28,490 nt of DNA, taken from the NCBI GenBank assembly GCA_000182565.2, contig KQ257474.1. One strand, 5' to 3'. The DNA is from Spizellomyces punctatus DAOM BR117 (Eukaryota). The position numbers and the translations under genes were made by a program. Below are positions 8,080 to 21,158 of the stretch, piece by piece (position 1 is the first letter of the stretch; each line of letters starts with the position of its first letter). The notes beneath the pieces are model-generated. The model was not told where the DNA came from. It ran no database searches and worked only from the letters and a program-made list of their open reading frames with translations.

Positions 8080-8769
8080 ATGTCATCTCAAAAGTCTCTT
8101 CGCGTTCTCTACATACACGGTCGGCAATCTTCCAAAAACACCCCAAAGCTGGTACATTTATCAAAGTACTTTACGACACATTGCGTTGAATACACCGTGG
8201 AGCAGGCAGCAGATTATGAAGGCGTCGTCAAACAACAAGCTCGCGCCATCAAGGACTTTCAACCAGACGTAATTGTTGGGAGCAGTTATGGAGGGAGCGT
8301 GACAACCACCCTCGTACAGCGAGGGTTCCAGGCTTTGGCAGCGGCAAGGGAGGATCCAGAGAAAGCGCGCCGTGTGCTTATTTCTGGTGAGGAAAGTGTC
8401 CTTGGCGGTGACGAGGATATTGTAGGCTGGGTTGGTCCTGTGGTTCTTCTTGCGCCGGCCCACCTGAAGCGGTTTGGAATGGAAGACAAGGGGTGGTGGC
8501 CTACTGAAGCACCGGCAAAGATTATTCATGGCACTCAGGATGATATTGTCCCCATCGAGGACAGCAGGATTCTTGCGAAAAGTCTAAAATCTTTCACTCA
8601 GAAGAGGATCAACCTCCTTCCGATGAGATTTGTAGAATTAGTTGAGGTTGAGGATGGTCATCGACTTGAAAGTTTGGCCTCTGGCGATCTCTTGATTAAC
8701 GCGGTGACCGATGCCGCTAACACCTGGGGGCGTGCAAAGACGTTTGTTCCTTTGCCGGTGAATATGTAA
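8080..8769 (+). CDS. Small alpha/beta hydrolase (YqiA/UPF0227-like esterase), intronless
   Basis: YIHG oxyanion region, nucleophile elbow GSSYGG, LLAPA, IIHGTQDDIVP (Asp) and DGH (His). Confidence 0.85.
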   Translation: MSSQKSLRVLYIHGRQSSKNTPKLVHLSKYFTTHCVEYTVEQAADYEGVVKQQARAIKDFQPDVIVGSSYGGSVTTTLVQRGFQALAAAREDPEKARRVLISGEESVLGGDEDIVGWVGPVVLLAPAHLKRFGMEDKGWWPTEAPAKIIHGTQDDIVPIEDSRILAKSLKSFTQKRINLLPMRFVELVEVEDGHRLESLASGDLLINAVTDAANTWGRAKTFVPLPVNM

Positions 8770-9045
8770 AGGACTACCTGAGCGACAGTGGCTATAAAGG
8801 TATAGTAGACGCGAGCTGGGTGAGGGCAATAGTGTTTTGCTAGGTATGTAGGAATAGCCCATAGCGAAAGACATATCTTGTTGCACCATTCCCTGTGTGC
8901 AAGCTTTTATGGTGAACATCAATTATTAAATGGTCAAGTTCGCTATGATACAGATCATTGGAATTTCAAAAACAAAAAAAACCAGAATAAAAATAAAAAT
9001 CACCCCCTAGGGAGAAGTCGTTACGATCCAAAACTTGTGGTTAAA

Positions 9046-11090
9046 TTAATATTCCTCTTCTTGCGCTTCCGAAATCGCTATATTTCGATGAGGGCGAGCG
9101 ACACGATCCGCCCACCGCTCTGCGCTGTGTGTCTGCTCCACATCATCCAAGTCACTTGAATGCCGCTCACCGAGCGCCTGATCATTTCCGGTCGGGTTGG
9201 TAGTTTGTGTTTCGTCCCCATTTCCTTCCTCCGATTCAGACTCCTCCGTAATCCACCCTCGTCCGGACCCAAGCGGGGCATGGCCAAAGGATACAGACGG
9301 TCCTAGCCCCCTTCTTGTCCCCTGTCGATAATTGTCTCCGCCTTTCCCTTCCCAACGCCTGCGCCCTCGCCCAAACTTCCCACCACCCCGGTCAGCCGAA
9401 TTTGTGGCTTTTAAGTCTGTTAGCAACGGACGACGGGAACTGGAATTCCGCTGTTCGCCAAAAGAGGTACCAGCCTCTCCTAACGTTTTTCGGCGAGCTT
9501 GGGCCAGATAGTCGCCTCCATTCATGTCGCCCACCACCACAGGTGAAAGCGGAGATTCAGCTCCTGGCGAGAGTGGTGATCGCGGATATCCAGCATTCAC
9601 AGAACGGTGTTTGTCCAGTAACAAATACCATAATGCGCTGGCTTGATCGCACGCATTAGATTTAACGGATGTCATTATGGCATCTACATCCAATCCCGCG
9701 AGCCTCAAATTCCTCATCAGTGAAGACTCATCCGCCATGTCGACTGCAAGTGCAGGTGATGGCGCCGGGTTGCGAACCTCCTCCTCCGCTGCAGTATCGG
9801 CTTCCTTGAACCACGGATGTGCCAGCATCTCCTTGATACTGATGCGATCGCTTCCCTCCAATTTAAGCATGCTCTGTATCAGGTCTTTCGTCAATTCACC
9901 CAAAAAGTCCGGTAAATCGTAATCGAGCTCCAAAATTTTTCTGCGTATGTGCGCTTCACTATCATCATCGAAAGGCAGATATCCGCATAACAAAGTGTAG
10001 AGAATCACGCCTAATTAAGAGCATTAGAGCGTGCTGTGTCCTAATTGTTTATGCCTGAAACGCCAGTACCTAGTGACCATATGTCCGCCTGGGGTCCAGA
10101 GTATTGCTTGCCTGATATCATTTCTGATAAGATCGGACACATTTCGTTAACGAATGGACCCGATAGACAACCATAGAGACGCGAGTACTCACCTGGTGCA
10201 GCATAAGCAACCGACCCACAATATGTGTCCAATAAATTACGAGTAGTCACTTCACGGGTAAAACCAAAGTCAATCAGTTTCACGTCCAAATTCTCAGTTA
10301 AAAGAATATTTTCCAGCTTCAGATCCCTGTCAAATTCAAACTGAAAAACTTAGTGTCAATATCAAGACTTCCCCACTGAATACCCTACCTATGTACAAAG
10401 TTCTTCTCATGGCAGTACCCTACAGCCTCTGCAATTTGCCGGAACACTCTTTTCGCATCTTGGCATCGATCGTCGAATCTTCCGTGCGCACAAACATAGT
10501 CGAAGGCTTCGCCACCCGTACAGTATTCCATGACCATAAATATGCGGGTCTCACTACACAGAACTTCGTATAGGCGGGCAATGTTTGAATGATGCATATG
10601 ACGCCATGTTTCGATCTAAAGGATATAGGGCTGCTGAGCTGGATGCTCACCGCCTCTGGCAGGTCATATTTTTCAGCATTACCTCCCGAACCACGGTTGG
10701 TGCATGTATCTTGTCCACTATTTTGATGGCCACCTGCACTCCTGGCAGATAAGCAACATGTGCAAATTACAATATTGAGCCGATCTGCATACCTGCTGTC
10801 CAGTGAGGTTGTGTTTGGCAAGTTTCACCTTGCCAAACGTACCTACAATATTCTAGATATCAGCTTCTCCAATTCTATTTTCGCGCTACTATGCCATATC
10901 TCACCTTCTCCTAGTGTCCTTCCAAAGGTGTAATTTCCGATGGAGCCAATACTGGTCGAAGATAAAACCTTGAGGAGTTCGTTTTCCGCCGACTATGGTT
11001 CAATTAGCACGCTGACCAAACATCTCTTCTACGTGAACTAGAAAATCCACCTTCAAGCTCACTCACTTTTGGCCTGTGGACTCGCGACAT
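9046..11090 (-). CDS. Ser/Thr protein kinase, CAMK group (SNF1/MARK-related, Ppk16-like), multi-exon
   Basis: Spliced exons give MSRVHRPK|SAENELLKVLSSTSIGSIGNYTFGRTLGEG|TFGKVKLA, VAIK, HR|DLKLEN, DFG, TYCGSVAYAAP|E, DIWSLG and LLCGYLPFDD, then a UBA-like segment. Confidence 0.92.
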
Positions 11091-11424
11091 GCTGCCGTGG
11101 TGCCCGTCCGGATGCCCCAACCCAAACTCGAAACGACGAGTTCCGCTTGCTCGAGTAAGATGATTCCATCCGGATGTAGTTAATCCGGTTCCATTGTGTA
11201 ATGTATTACAAGAGCGGAGACGGCCGACCGCGTTTCGCAAGTCTTTTCAAAGCCGCCACTAGCAAATGCCAACTTTCTTTGCATGCTGAATTCTGACCAG
11301 GATTTTGTTGGGAGACGAATTATACACGACCAACGAGGTGAGCACCTCCTTATTCTTATTCTTTTGCGACCTCGACTTGACAAGCGTGGCAGCTACCGGC
11401 CGTAAAACTGGAACGCAACCGACA

Positions 11425-12564
11425 ATGACACAAATCACCAGTCCACCTCGTGTACGGGCCCGCCGAAACAATGCTCACCAGTTCAACCTAATGGTAGCTG
11501 GGCACGCTTTCTCGGGAAAGACTGCATACATTAAAACCCTCTATGACACCTTGGATATCAAAGCCATTTGTCCCGATGACGGAGAACAAGTTACCGAAAT
11601 CCTTCCACCGGATGATATTACTGCACCAACTGCTTCAGCTGCCCGGATCGAGTTTGAAATCGAGCAACCAGGGGAGCGTATCTCACTGCGGATTATAGAC
11701 ACCCCTGGATTACCCATTCCGAGGAATATTCACAAAGACCAGGACCATAACGAAAAGCATGTCAAAGTTGCTAAACCATTCGTAACGTCACTCGTCTCAT
11801 ATCTTGAAGCTCAGTTCGAGGCTACTCTTCTTGAGGAATCCAAAGTGAGACGGAATCCGAAATCTCCCGATTTCCAAATCCACGCCTGTTTGTATTTTCT
11901 TGATCCCCAGGTGTGCTTCGCCTGTCGTGGAATCACCGCCATAGATCGCTATGCTCTGGAACAGCTGTGCTCAAGAGTGAACGTAATAGTATGCTTTGCA
12001 AAGGCGGATCTCCTGACTGTGAGGCGTTTGCGAACCCTACGAAATCTTGTCGTAGAAGACTTGGCAAGGTTTGGAATTCCCGTATTTGCGTTCCCCGAAG
12101 ATCCAGACGTGGAGTACGACAAAGATGCAATAGAGCTGAACGAAGAGCTACGAGCAATGCTACCTTTTGCGATCGTTAATGCGGAAGAACCTGAATTGGA
12201 AGATGACGCTCCTGTAGACGATGACGCATCTATCCGCAAGACCGAGTCACCCCGCATTCTTGGGAGAGAGTATCCATGGGGAATTGTAGAGGTACAGAAC
12301 CCGTCGCATTGCGATTTTTTGCGAGTCAAGGAAACCCTCTTTATTACCCATCTACACGAACTGAAGCTTTTAACCCGTGAACTATATTACGAGCAATGGC
12401 GCACGGAGAAGCTCTTGGAGGTTAGGACATCTGTCTTAAATGGCAGTATCGACCGGAGGGATAGTTTTGCCACCACGTTGACCGCAGAAACTGTAAAAAC
12501 CAGAAACATGGAGGAGGAGATCGCGGATGAAATGCGTGAAAGGCGTTTAAAGAGCGATCATTAG
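11425..12564 (+). CDS. Septin-family GTPase, intronless, ~379 aa
   Basis: Polybasic RVRARR, FNLMVAG..SGKT (G1), DTPG (G3), AKAD (G4), HACLYF, LPFAI and septin-unique element GREYPWGIVEVQNPSHCDF. Confidence 0.95.
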   Translation: MTQITSPPRVRARRNNAHQFNLMVAGHAFSGKTAYIKTLYDTLDIKAICPDDGEQVTEILPPDDITAPTASAARIEFEIEQPGERISLRIIDTPGLPIPRNIHKDQDHNEKHVKVAKPFVTSLVSYLEAQFEATLLEESKVRRNPKSPDFQIHACLYFLDPQVCFACRGITAIDRYALEQLCSRVNVIVCFAKADLLTVRRLRTLRNLVVEDLARFGIPVFAFPEDPDVEYDKDAIELNEELRAMLPFAIVNAEEPELEDDAPVDDDASIRKTESPRILGREYPWGIVEVQNPSHCDFLRVKETLFITHLHELKLLTRELYYEQWRTEKLLEVRTSVLNGSIDRRDSFATTLTAETVKTRNMEEEIADEMRERRLKSDH

Positions 12565-12767
12565 CTAGAATAGATTTCGTCATGTAGATGGCACAACATA
12601 TAAAGTTTAGTTAGATGTAGTAGCAATCATGTATAGTTTGTAGGATAGATTGTCTTTCACTGCCTCCGTGAGGGTCGCTAATATGCACGTACGTCTTATT
12701 CATCGAACTAGTTACACAGTGGACTATATACTAAAATTGCATTATGATATGACAGCTTTAACACACT

Positions 12768-15220
12768 TTATACAACTTCTCCGGCGTAGGCGTATAAATA
12801 CGGGTTTCGTTTAGCAAACGGGTGAGGATGGCGTGCCGCGGCATTTGACGTCCTTGGTGTCGGGATTGCCCCATCGTTTTTCATTCGTCGTTTGCGCACC
12901 AATGCGGTCAATGCCAGAGCACAGGCTAACCCAAGCACAGCGGCACCAACCCCGATTCCCACATATTTACCTAGCGTCCTCTGTTCAGTCTTCAACGGCG
13001 CGTCAGGGTCTGCGGACGGGGTTGGGTTTGGAGTACCCCACACTGGAGTGAATCCTGGATTGACAGGCTCGACCGGAGGCGGAGTATAAGACCTTGCCGG
13101 AAGACCAGGTGTACATCCAATACGCAATGCCACTATCGAGTACTGCTGCACAGTAAAGGTAAACATTTGACCCTGCGCTTCAACAATCTCCTCTGTATAT
13201 GCCCCTATGGGATGCCCATCCAGTGAATTATCCCATGTCTGCTTATTGATCGTGACGCCTGTTTTTGCGTTGAGAGCAGGTGCTTCTAGACGTGTGATAT
13301 ATCCTTTCGGTTGCTGTGATGACGTGCAATTCGATAACGCAGAGAAGGCGTAGGGATACTGGACTGTGAAAGATGTGGCATTGGCGGCGGGGCTTTTGTG
13401 TATGACCACCAACGTCATCTCTCCAGTTGCGGTGTTGTTCACGCCCCAAGTTTTGATGGAATTGCCGGTGAGCGCCCATCCACCGTCAAGGGACGCTCGG
13501 AAAAGAGTACTGCCTGCTCCGCGAAGGATTCTGTTGACCTAGATGCGGGAATTTAAGCCTCGGACGTAAAAGCGACAGTAGTTCAATGTGCCTTGACGTT
13601 ACCATTAGCATTCCGTAGTACGTTGGCCTTGGGCTCATGCGCCCAGTTACAGGATCGAGCGAGTAAGGAGCATAGTATGTCTGAGCGGCACCGGACAAAG
13701 AGGTGTACTTGACGTTCCGATATGCCATCTGGTGCAAGTAACGTCCGCTGAGTACTAGCAATATGGATACGAATAATCTACTATGTTCAAATGCTAACCT
13801 CCAACAACGTGTCCACTGTCCATATCGCCGATGCAAACGTGTCCGATACTCCAGCGGTACCATTACACGATGAGGAACCGCCTTCTCCCCAGACAACATC
13901 TTGATTTCCGGCTAATAGCAACGCATTAGCATTATACAACTTGGATCTAATTACCTTTGTGACAAGTTCTCACCTTGGGCCACTTGGACGAGGCTGTCTA
14001 TCCACACATACTCTTCCGGGGCTGGGTCTGCTAGTAAAGTCAATGGAGTTACTGCGTCAGGGTTGGTGGCAGTCGAACAACCGCGTTGCCCATATTTGTG
14101 AAATCTGCTCATTCCGTTAGCTGATTGAGCAAAGGTTTTACTCGCAGGCGCCCACACTTCAATAACTCACGAAATGTATTTTGTTCCACGCTGTCCTTGA
14201 ATAAATGGTATCATATAATCGGAAGTCCACGGGTAAGCATAGGAAGGGCCTTGATAATCAAATCCAGGGCCAATGGCGGCAACAATCGCATTGTAGGCCA
14301 CGGTGAACTCTTTCGTGAAGTCATTAAAGGAGTAGCCGGGTGGACGTCGGCCGTTTTTTTCATAGTGGTCTACAAAAAGTGTTCAGTGGACTGCAGCTTG
14401 ATCCATGGTGACGGCAGATGTCTACCTGGCTCATTCCCAATCTCGATAGCAAGGATGTGGTCTTTGGATAAGTTTGGTATGACGCCTTTAACCAGAAACT
14501 CCACGGCATCTGCGTGTTCGATACTAAAATATCAGAGACCGGTTGTAAAAAGCCACATCTTCAGGTTAGAGGAAACTTACACGCCGGATCCGGACTCAAC
14601 ATCGGAACGGTTAAGACCATTCTGCTCCCTGTAGATGACTGTAAATGTGACATTCAGAACCAATTTGGTATATGTGGCTACTGATATTTGATAACAACTT
14701 CAGGACATACCGCAAATTCTTGAATGATCTTGAGCTCCATTGCGTTTACACTCCAGGTACTTTGGCTCAAACGCGGTAGAATAGAACCTTGCCACCATCT
14801 GAGCCCGCAGGTGCAGATTTAGCATGATCGGTCGAGATATAAATCGGTACACATCGAACATACTTACAATCGGGTTGCGCTATTTCCACCAATTCTAAGA
14901 GTCGGCGGATAGCCCGCAACTGCCTCAGCCAAGTGCCGAAAGAGATTGACTACGATGGGATTGGAACTGTAATCTACTCCAGTGTTCGCTCCGGGACCCG
15001 GTCCCAGTGCGTCGTCTACATGGGTCCATTCTACTGAAAATCCAACAAAACTAGGATCTATCAAGCCGGAGGGAGTTGTATTGGACGCTGGATGACTGAG
15101 CTCGACGATAGCTGCGTGAACAAGGCATCTGATTTCGACGAAAGCGAAAAGGCAAAGGAGCTTGATGTAAAGCGACTTTTGCCAAGCTGCATATTTGCCA
15201 AATGACAAAAATGCTGGCAT
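12768..15220 (-). CDS. Glycoside hydrolase family 79 (beta-glucuronidase/heparanase-like) with signal peptide, Pro-rich stalk and C-terminal TM helix, multi-exon
   Basis: FVGFSVEW, LRIGGNSA, IEIGNEP (acid/base), WGEGGSS (nucleophile), GVSDTFASAIW and PRPTYYGML. TM segment YVGIGVGAAVLGLACALALTALV followed by RKRR. Confidence 0.88.
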
Positions 15221-15787
15221 ATTCCTCTGCCTTTTGCACAATTAACGCAAGCTCAAGCAACTGTGTTGAAAGCTTTGAGTTACTCTTTAAACAAATGCAT
15301 ATCTTCTAGTGCGAACGCGCATTAGATCAGCAATCGCGTCGAACTTGGAAAGTGAATTCTTCGAATTCTCCAACCTTCCTGCTTACTTTGGAAGATGCAG
15401 CAACTTCCGCGGTACACGACACAGAAGACGCAGTGGATTCCACGGTATAGACGAACACCAGCAGTTAATAAAGCATGCAGCAAGGGCATTAGCAAGCGCC
15501 AACACAAGGTTTCTCCCCATGCCTAAAGTTTTCAGATCCAGATTATTTGACATATTTTGTTGATAGCGGGATCCAAACATCTGATGTTGGAAAAGAGATT
15601 AACAATGCTGGCGAATGTAGCCTGCGTATCTTGCTCGTTTCCACTAGGTTCACATACAAAGTTAACTGTGTAAGGCGGTGGAGGCAATGAGGTCACGTGC
15701 CTCTTACTGGTAAGATCATGGATTCCACAGCCTGGCTTACAGCAATCCTCCCAGAAGAATGAGCGTTCGGTTCGATGCGACATCGTA

Positions 15788-17984
15788 ATGAAGCGTTTTC
15801 TCAGCAATCGAACTGATACTGGGGGCTCTTCTCCCCGAAAGAAGAATAAACTCGATGTTGACAAGACTGCGGAGGTTTGGCTAGCAAGCGACGTGTTTGC
15901 CGGACTTATCTGACAGTGTATCCGGGCATAAGGAAGCCGACTATGACTCTGATGCAACAGAAATAATTGATGACGATACTCTTGAGGAGCAGCCTAATCG
16001 GACGTGCGTCAACCATGGTTTGATACAGTTTCTGTCGAACCGTAGTTGACGATCTGCCACTTGTCAACACTAGCCACAATGTCAAGGGTGCCTCGTCGAC
16101 GACGTGTAGCTCTGTTCCGATCTATATAGATTCAAGAATCTATCTTACCAAGGTCCGCGATCTCCCTGCCCAAAAAAATGTTTGGTCAAAAAGTCTCGAG
16201 CAAATCTTTCATTTTGTGAGCATGATGGATTCTAGCAATATGCGACCATTGGTTCGGTATTAATTCGAGGTTGATAGGGCGACTTGGCTTGTATGCTGCA
16301 GCTCAATTACATGGTCGAGTTGTCGTGGATGATGAATCACTTGCCAGAAAAGAGCCGTAGTATTCCAATCACCTTTGTTCATGGCCTGCGTGCATTAAGC
16401 AGGGAAGGACTGAGGGTGAGTCCTAAAACTGGCTGATCGTACGAATTTTGCAACCATCTACCAATACACGCAAATGTTATGATACGTAGGTCGAAGCTAT
16501 ACAATTTCCCAATGTCAAAATAATCAACCCCGATCTTCCAATTGCCTATGGTTGGTGATAGTATCAGCCTTTGATCTCCACTATGCGCAGAGCGTTACTT
16601 AGCCGAATTCTTTGGAATAGGTACGCATCATACCAAGGCGATGTTTCTCTTCTATAAAGACGACACCATGAGAGTTATTATTCATACCGCCAACATGATA
16701 TCACGGGACTGGAGGTACTAATTGTCCGTCAACAAGGCGGTGTGCCAAAGTTAATTTCGAAAGACCTACAGGAATAAAACTCAGGGAATCTGGATGTCAC
16801 CTATACTGCAGAGGAAGGCTCCCTCTACGACTATATCTGACTTTGAGGTCGATCTCCTCGCGTATATCAAGGCATATGGCCATCCACTCCGCGAATGGCA
16901 TGAAAAACTGAGCTTGTATGATTTTTCCACATGCAACGCGGTTATCATCGCGTCGGTTCCTGGACGACACGTAGGGAAAGGTTTGAGAAGATGGGGCCAC
17001 TTGCGATTGCGATCGGTCTTGGACGAGGTGACGATTGGCGAGCAATGTCAAAGTAAATCCATCGTTGTTGGTCAGGTACGTGAAATCGACATTGAGATAG
17101 TCATGCTAGCTGGGTGATTTTCAACTTGATCGTGGTTAGTTTTCCAGTATAGGGTCTCTGGGGACGTCAGATGAATGGCTCACACAAGAGTTTGGAGCCA
17201 GTCTGTCGGCATCACGCAACCTGGCTGAATGTCGACCGCCATCTATTCGCCTTGTGTTTCCTACCGTAGAGAATGTGCGGTCAAGGTTGGTGACTCGGGT
17301 TCCTACGTGGACCACAAGTATTAACGCCCAGGATTTGTAGTTTGGAGGGTTGGGCTGCCGGCAACTCGATCCCCTTTGATTCCAAAAATTGGGCGAAGCA
17401 ACAGCACTATATGAGACCGCGGATGTGTATCTGGCGTGCAGACGCGGCAGGGCGAGATCGAGCAATGCCACACATCAAGGTAGATAATTATGTTGAACAT
17501 TGCAGTGATAAGCGCTAATGTGAACATGCACAAAGACTTTCACTCGGCTGAGTGAAGATGGAGATATTGCTTGGTTTCTTCTGACTTCCGCAAACCTCTC
17601 AAAAGCTGCCTGGGGCTCCCTGGAGAAGAACGCGAAGCAGCTGATGATAAGAAGCTATGAACTTGGCGTTCTTGTTTATCCTGAACTGTTCAAAGTGAGT
17701 GTTTTTTCCCGAGGTCGGGATTGGTTTAGTGAAACCGCACTAACGGTCTAGCATAGATGTCTGGGGTAAACAACATTGCAATGAGGAACGTATCATCTGA
17801 AGTCGCGCCATTTCTCGACCTCACATTAAACGGCAGGGGACCTGATAACATGCAGCGACCCGTCATCATACCGCTTCGTCTTCCCTATGACCTTCCGCTG
17901 ACACCATATGGACCAAATGACGAGGCTTGGACATGGGACCTGAAGCGTACACAGTTGGACAGCTGTGGAATGACGAAGGAATGA
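15788..17984 (+). CDS. TDP1: Tyrosyl-DNA phosphodiesterase 1, multi-exon; 5' end uncertain
   Basis: [69 protein letters not shown] and LPYDLPL. Confidence 0.93.
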
Positions 17985-18760
17985 TTGACTGTGTTCGGCA
18001 GACCTTAATCAGATGCAACGTGTACATACAAAGATAGTATTTAAGCATAAATAAATGCTGTGGTAAGATACAACGTCAAAAGGGATCACAATGCCGAAAA
18101 CTACTCCGTTCTCATCGTTATAGGGAACGCTGGGAGGGATTATTTGAGCAGAGTAATGCTGATGGACAAGACTGGCAGGGATACAGGAGAATCTGATGCA
18201 TCACACGCCGTTTAGGGAGAGCGTCCGCCAAATCTGTCCGGCATAGGTAGAGCTGTTCTTTTTCGAATGGGTAGATTTGTCAATATGGGGATTTCTCTGT
18301 TTGCAACGGTAATCATAGCGTTTCTGAAGTCTTGTTGCAATGTACGGTAGATCATACATTACGAGCTAGATTGCCGCAACAGCAAAATATTGTCATATGC
18401 GATTACATTGGTCGCACTAATATCACTGCGAAATAATCGCTGCTACCGTCCTTCCCTCGCAGATACAGCTTTCGCCTGCGCCTAGTAGGTGCTTCTGATC
18501 GTAAACATGCATGGGTTTCCCCCAGATCGGATCCCTTGATGAGATCGATCCCAACCGTAGGTCCCAAAGTGAAAGAAGAAATGCACCTTAAAGTTTTCGA
18601 TTGTTATCCTCGACATTATGCACTTGTTTGACCGCAAGTTTCAGTCCGGCTGTAAAATCCTATGGGCTCTATCGCTGGGGTAAATTCGAGAACATCAATT
18701 TTCAAGCACTGCCAACGCGATCTCTGAGCTTGGTGATCATTTGTTGCGTGACCCTTCACA

Positions 18761-20970
18761 ATGACCACTGGGACACTGCTCTTACGCCGTTGTGCCTTGC
18801 GGCCAGCTCGGCGTTCTGTATTTAAGGTTCGAGGATTATCCTCCACGCCTATCGCTTCCGCCGATGCCACTGTCATTGGCGTCTATCAAGATGGCAACAT
18901 CACCGCCAACGCTTTCGCAGGGCAAGGCGCCAAAATGCCGTCCCAAGCCGTTGATTCCATTGTGTCCCAATTAAATATCTCAAGGTTCCAAGGGAAGAAC
19001 AACGAAGTACGACTGTGAGTGCCTTTGGGAGGAGAGTAAGCGCCGAATGACAGCAGATTTACCATGTGGGATTCAGACTTTATGGATTGGAGGGAGCGCC
19101 TTCACCGATCGTGGGAGTTGTCGGTCTCGGAAAGCGATCCCAAGACAATAATGAGAATGCCGAGACGGCTAGATTGGCGGTAGGTTAACGCATAATGCGA
19201 ACACTCCTGTTGACGACTTTACCGATTTGCCACTTTCAGGCGTCCGCTGCCCTCTCTGCTATAAAGCGCCTATCTCCAAAGTCGCCGATATCCGTAGAAT
19301 TTGATGCTCTCGGTAGTTCACTTGGTACGTTGAAGCGGGGGAATGCCAGTTGTCTCATGTTTGCTCACTTGAGACTGCCGCAGCCACAGCAGAGGGTGCT
19401 ACTCTGGGCACGTATGACTTCACTCGGTACAAGGAGGAGAAAGCGGCGCCAGTTACCATTTCCTTACGAGAAGAGCATGCGGCTAGCGAGGACTGGCATG
19501 TGGGCTCGGTGAATGGTCAAGGTATGGTTTTATGTCGAACGTCCTCACTTCATCCCAGGCTAAACTGGAAGGCCGACAGCCCAGAACCTGGCGCGGACTC
19601 TCGCCGAAACACCCGCGAATCTCCTAACTCCAACGCTCTTCTGCGACCGGGCCAAGGAGCTATTTGCTGGCCAATCATCGGTCGAGCTTGCGGTGCATGA
19701 CAAAGCATGGGCGGAAGAACAACAGATGGGTGCCTTCCTGGGTGTTGCCCGCGGGTCGGAGGAACCACTACGGTTTCTTGAGATTATTTATCGTGGTGGG
19801 AATGAGCAGGATGCTCCTGTTGCCTTGGTAGGTAAAGGGGTTACATTTGACTCTGGAGGCATCTCTATCAAACCGTCGACGGACATGGCGCTGATGAAGG
19901 GAGATATGGTAGGTATCATAGGCTACCAGACAGTGTTCCACCAGCTGCCACGCCGACTTACAGATGATCTTAGGGTGGGGCCGCCGCGGTCCTCGGTGCA
20001 ATGTGGGGCATCACCCAACTACGCCCACAGGTTAATGTCGTGGCCGTGATACCTTTGACAGAGAACATGCCTTCTGGCAGAGCAACAAAGCCGGGTGATC
20101 TCGTTCGTGCGAGGAATGGTAAAACCATCGAAGTGGACAACACAGGTATGTATCTGCTCGACCTGTTTCCGGTGAGTCCAACCTCTTAAACACAGTATCA
20201 TTGCATGTCCTCGTCTCCTATTTCAGATGCAGAGGTATGAATGCCCTTGTGTTAGTCTTGGCCATTGGTACCGGAGTAACTGAAATTGCATTAAATAGGG
20301 TCGCTTGATATTGGCAGATGCGTAAGTACACATCATAACTCTATTGGAGCAATGCGCTTGACTAATTCCTCAAACAGCATCCACTACGTCACCGAGACAT
20401 ACACACCGCATACTGTCGTCGAATTATCTACCTTGACTGGGGCTATGGATATTGCCCTTGGCGAAGGCTACGCTGGCGTGTTCAGCACATCGGACACGTT
20501 ATGGGAGCAACTGGAGAACGCGGGTAAAACCACCGGCGATCGGTTCTGGAAGATGCCTATGGATGACGTGTACAAGAAGCAGCTGAAAAGCAACGTTGCT
20601 GACTTGAAGAATGTTGGAGGGCGCTCGGCTGGGTCATGTACTGCCGCTGTTTTCTTGAAGGAATTTGTTCCCGGGCTTCGCAAAGCTGACGAAGGGATTT
20701 CATCGGGAGATTCTACTGTTCGATTTGCGCATATAGGTAAGAGATTTCTGACAAGTCCACTTCCCCAATGCATAAAGCTAACCCAGGAACCAGACATTGC
20801 CGGAGTCATGCACAAGAAAGGAGGAGACGGCTATATTAGCAGTGGCATGACAGGTATAGTCTGTATTGACGGGCACACAATTCAGGTGTAGTCTCGCTCA
20901 TCATTTTTTGCGCTTTCAAGGACGGCCCACAAGGAGCATTATTGAATTTGTCCGTTCAATTTCCAAATAA
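18761..20970 (+). CDS. M17 leucyl aminopeptidase with Arg-rich mitochondrial-type presequence, multi-exon
   Basis: [35 protein letters not shown] (spliced), [17 protein letters not shown] and HI|DIAG. Confidence 0.95.
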
Positions 20971-21158
20971 TAGATTTTTTAGTCTCTGTTGCCATCACTG
21001 ACTGTCCATTACGATTTCTTTTGTTTATATTTCAAACTAAGCCCTGCACGTCACACACCCGTGACCGCTCGTGATCCTCGTTGGCCATGACGACCCCCCC
21101 GTTTCCCCACATGCAGATCTCGCTTGTTGCCGCTTCTCAGCGCATTTGAAGAATAGCG

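Noticed and set aside
7749..8189. 146-aa ORF and the many other short or antisense ORFs in the track
   Set aside because: This ORF has no ATG at its listed start, spans the MITE end and overlaps the hydrolase. The others are shadows or exon-intron read-throughs of called genes.
18000..18760. Small gene between TDP1 and the aminopeptidase
   Set aside because: Only short ORFs without recognisable motifs.
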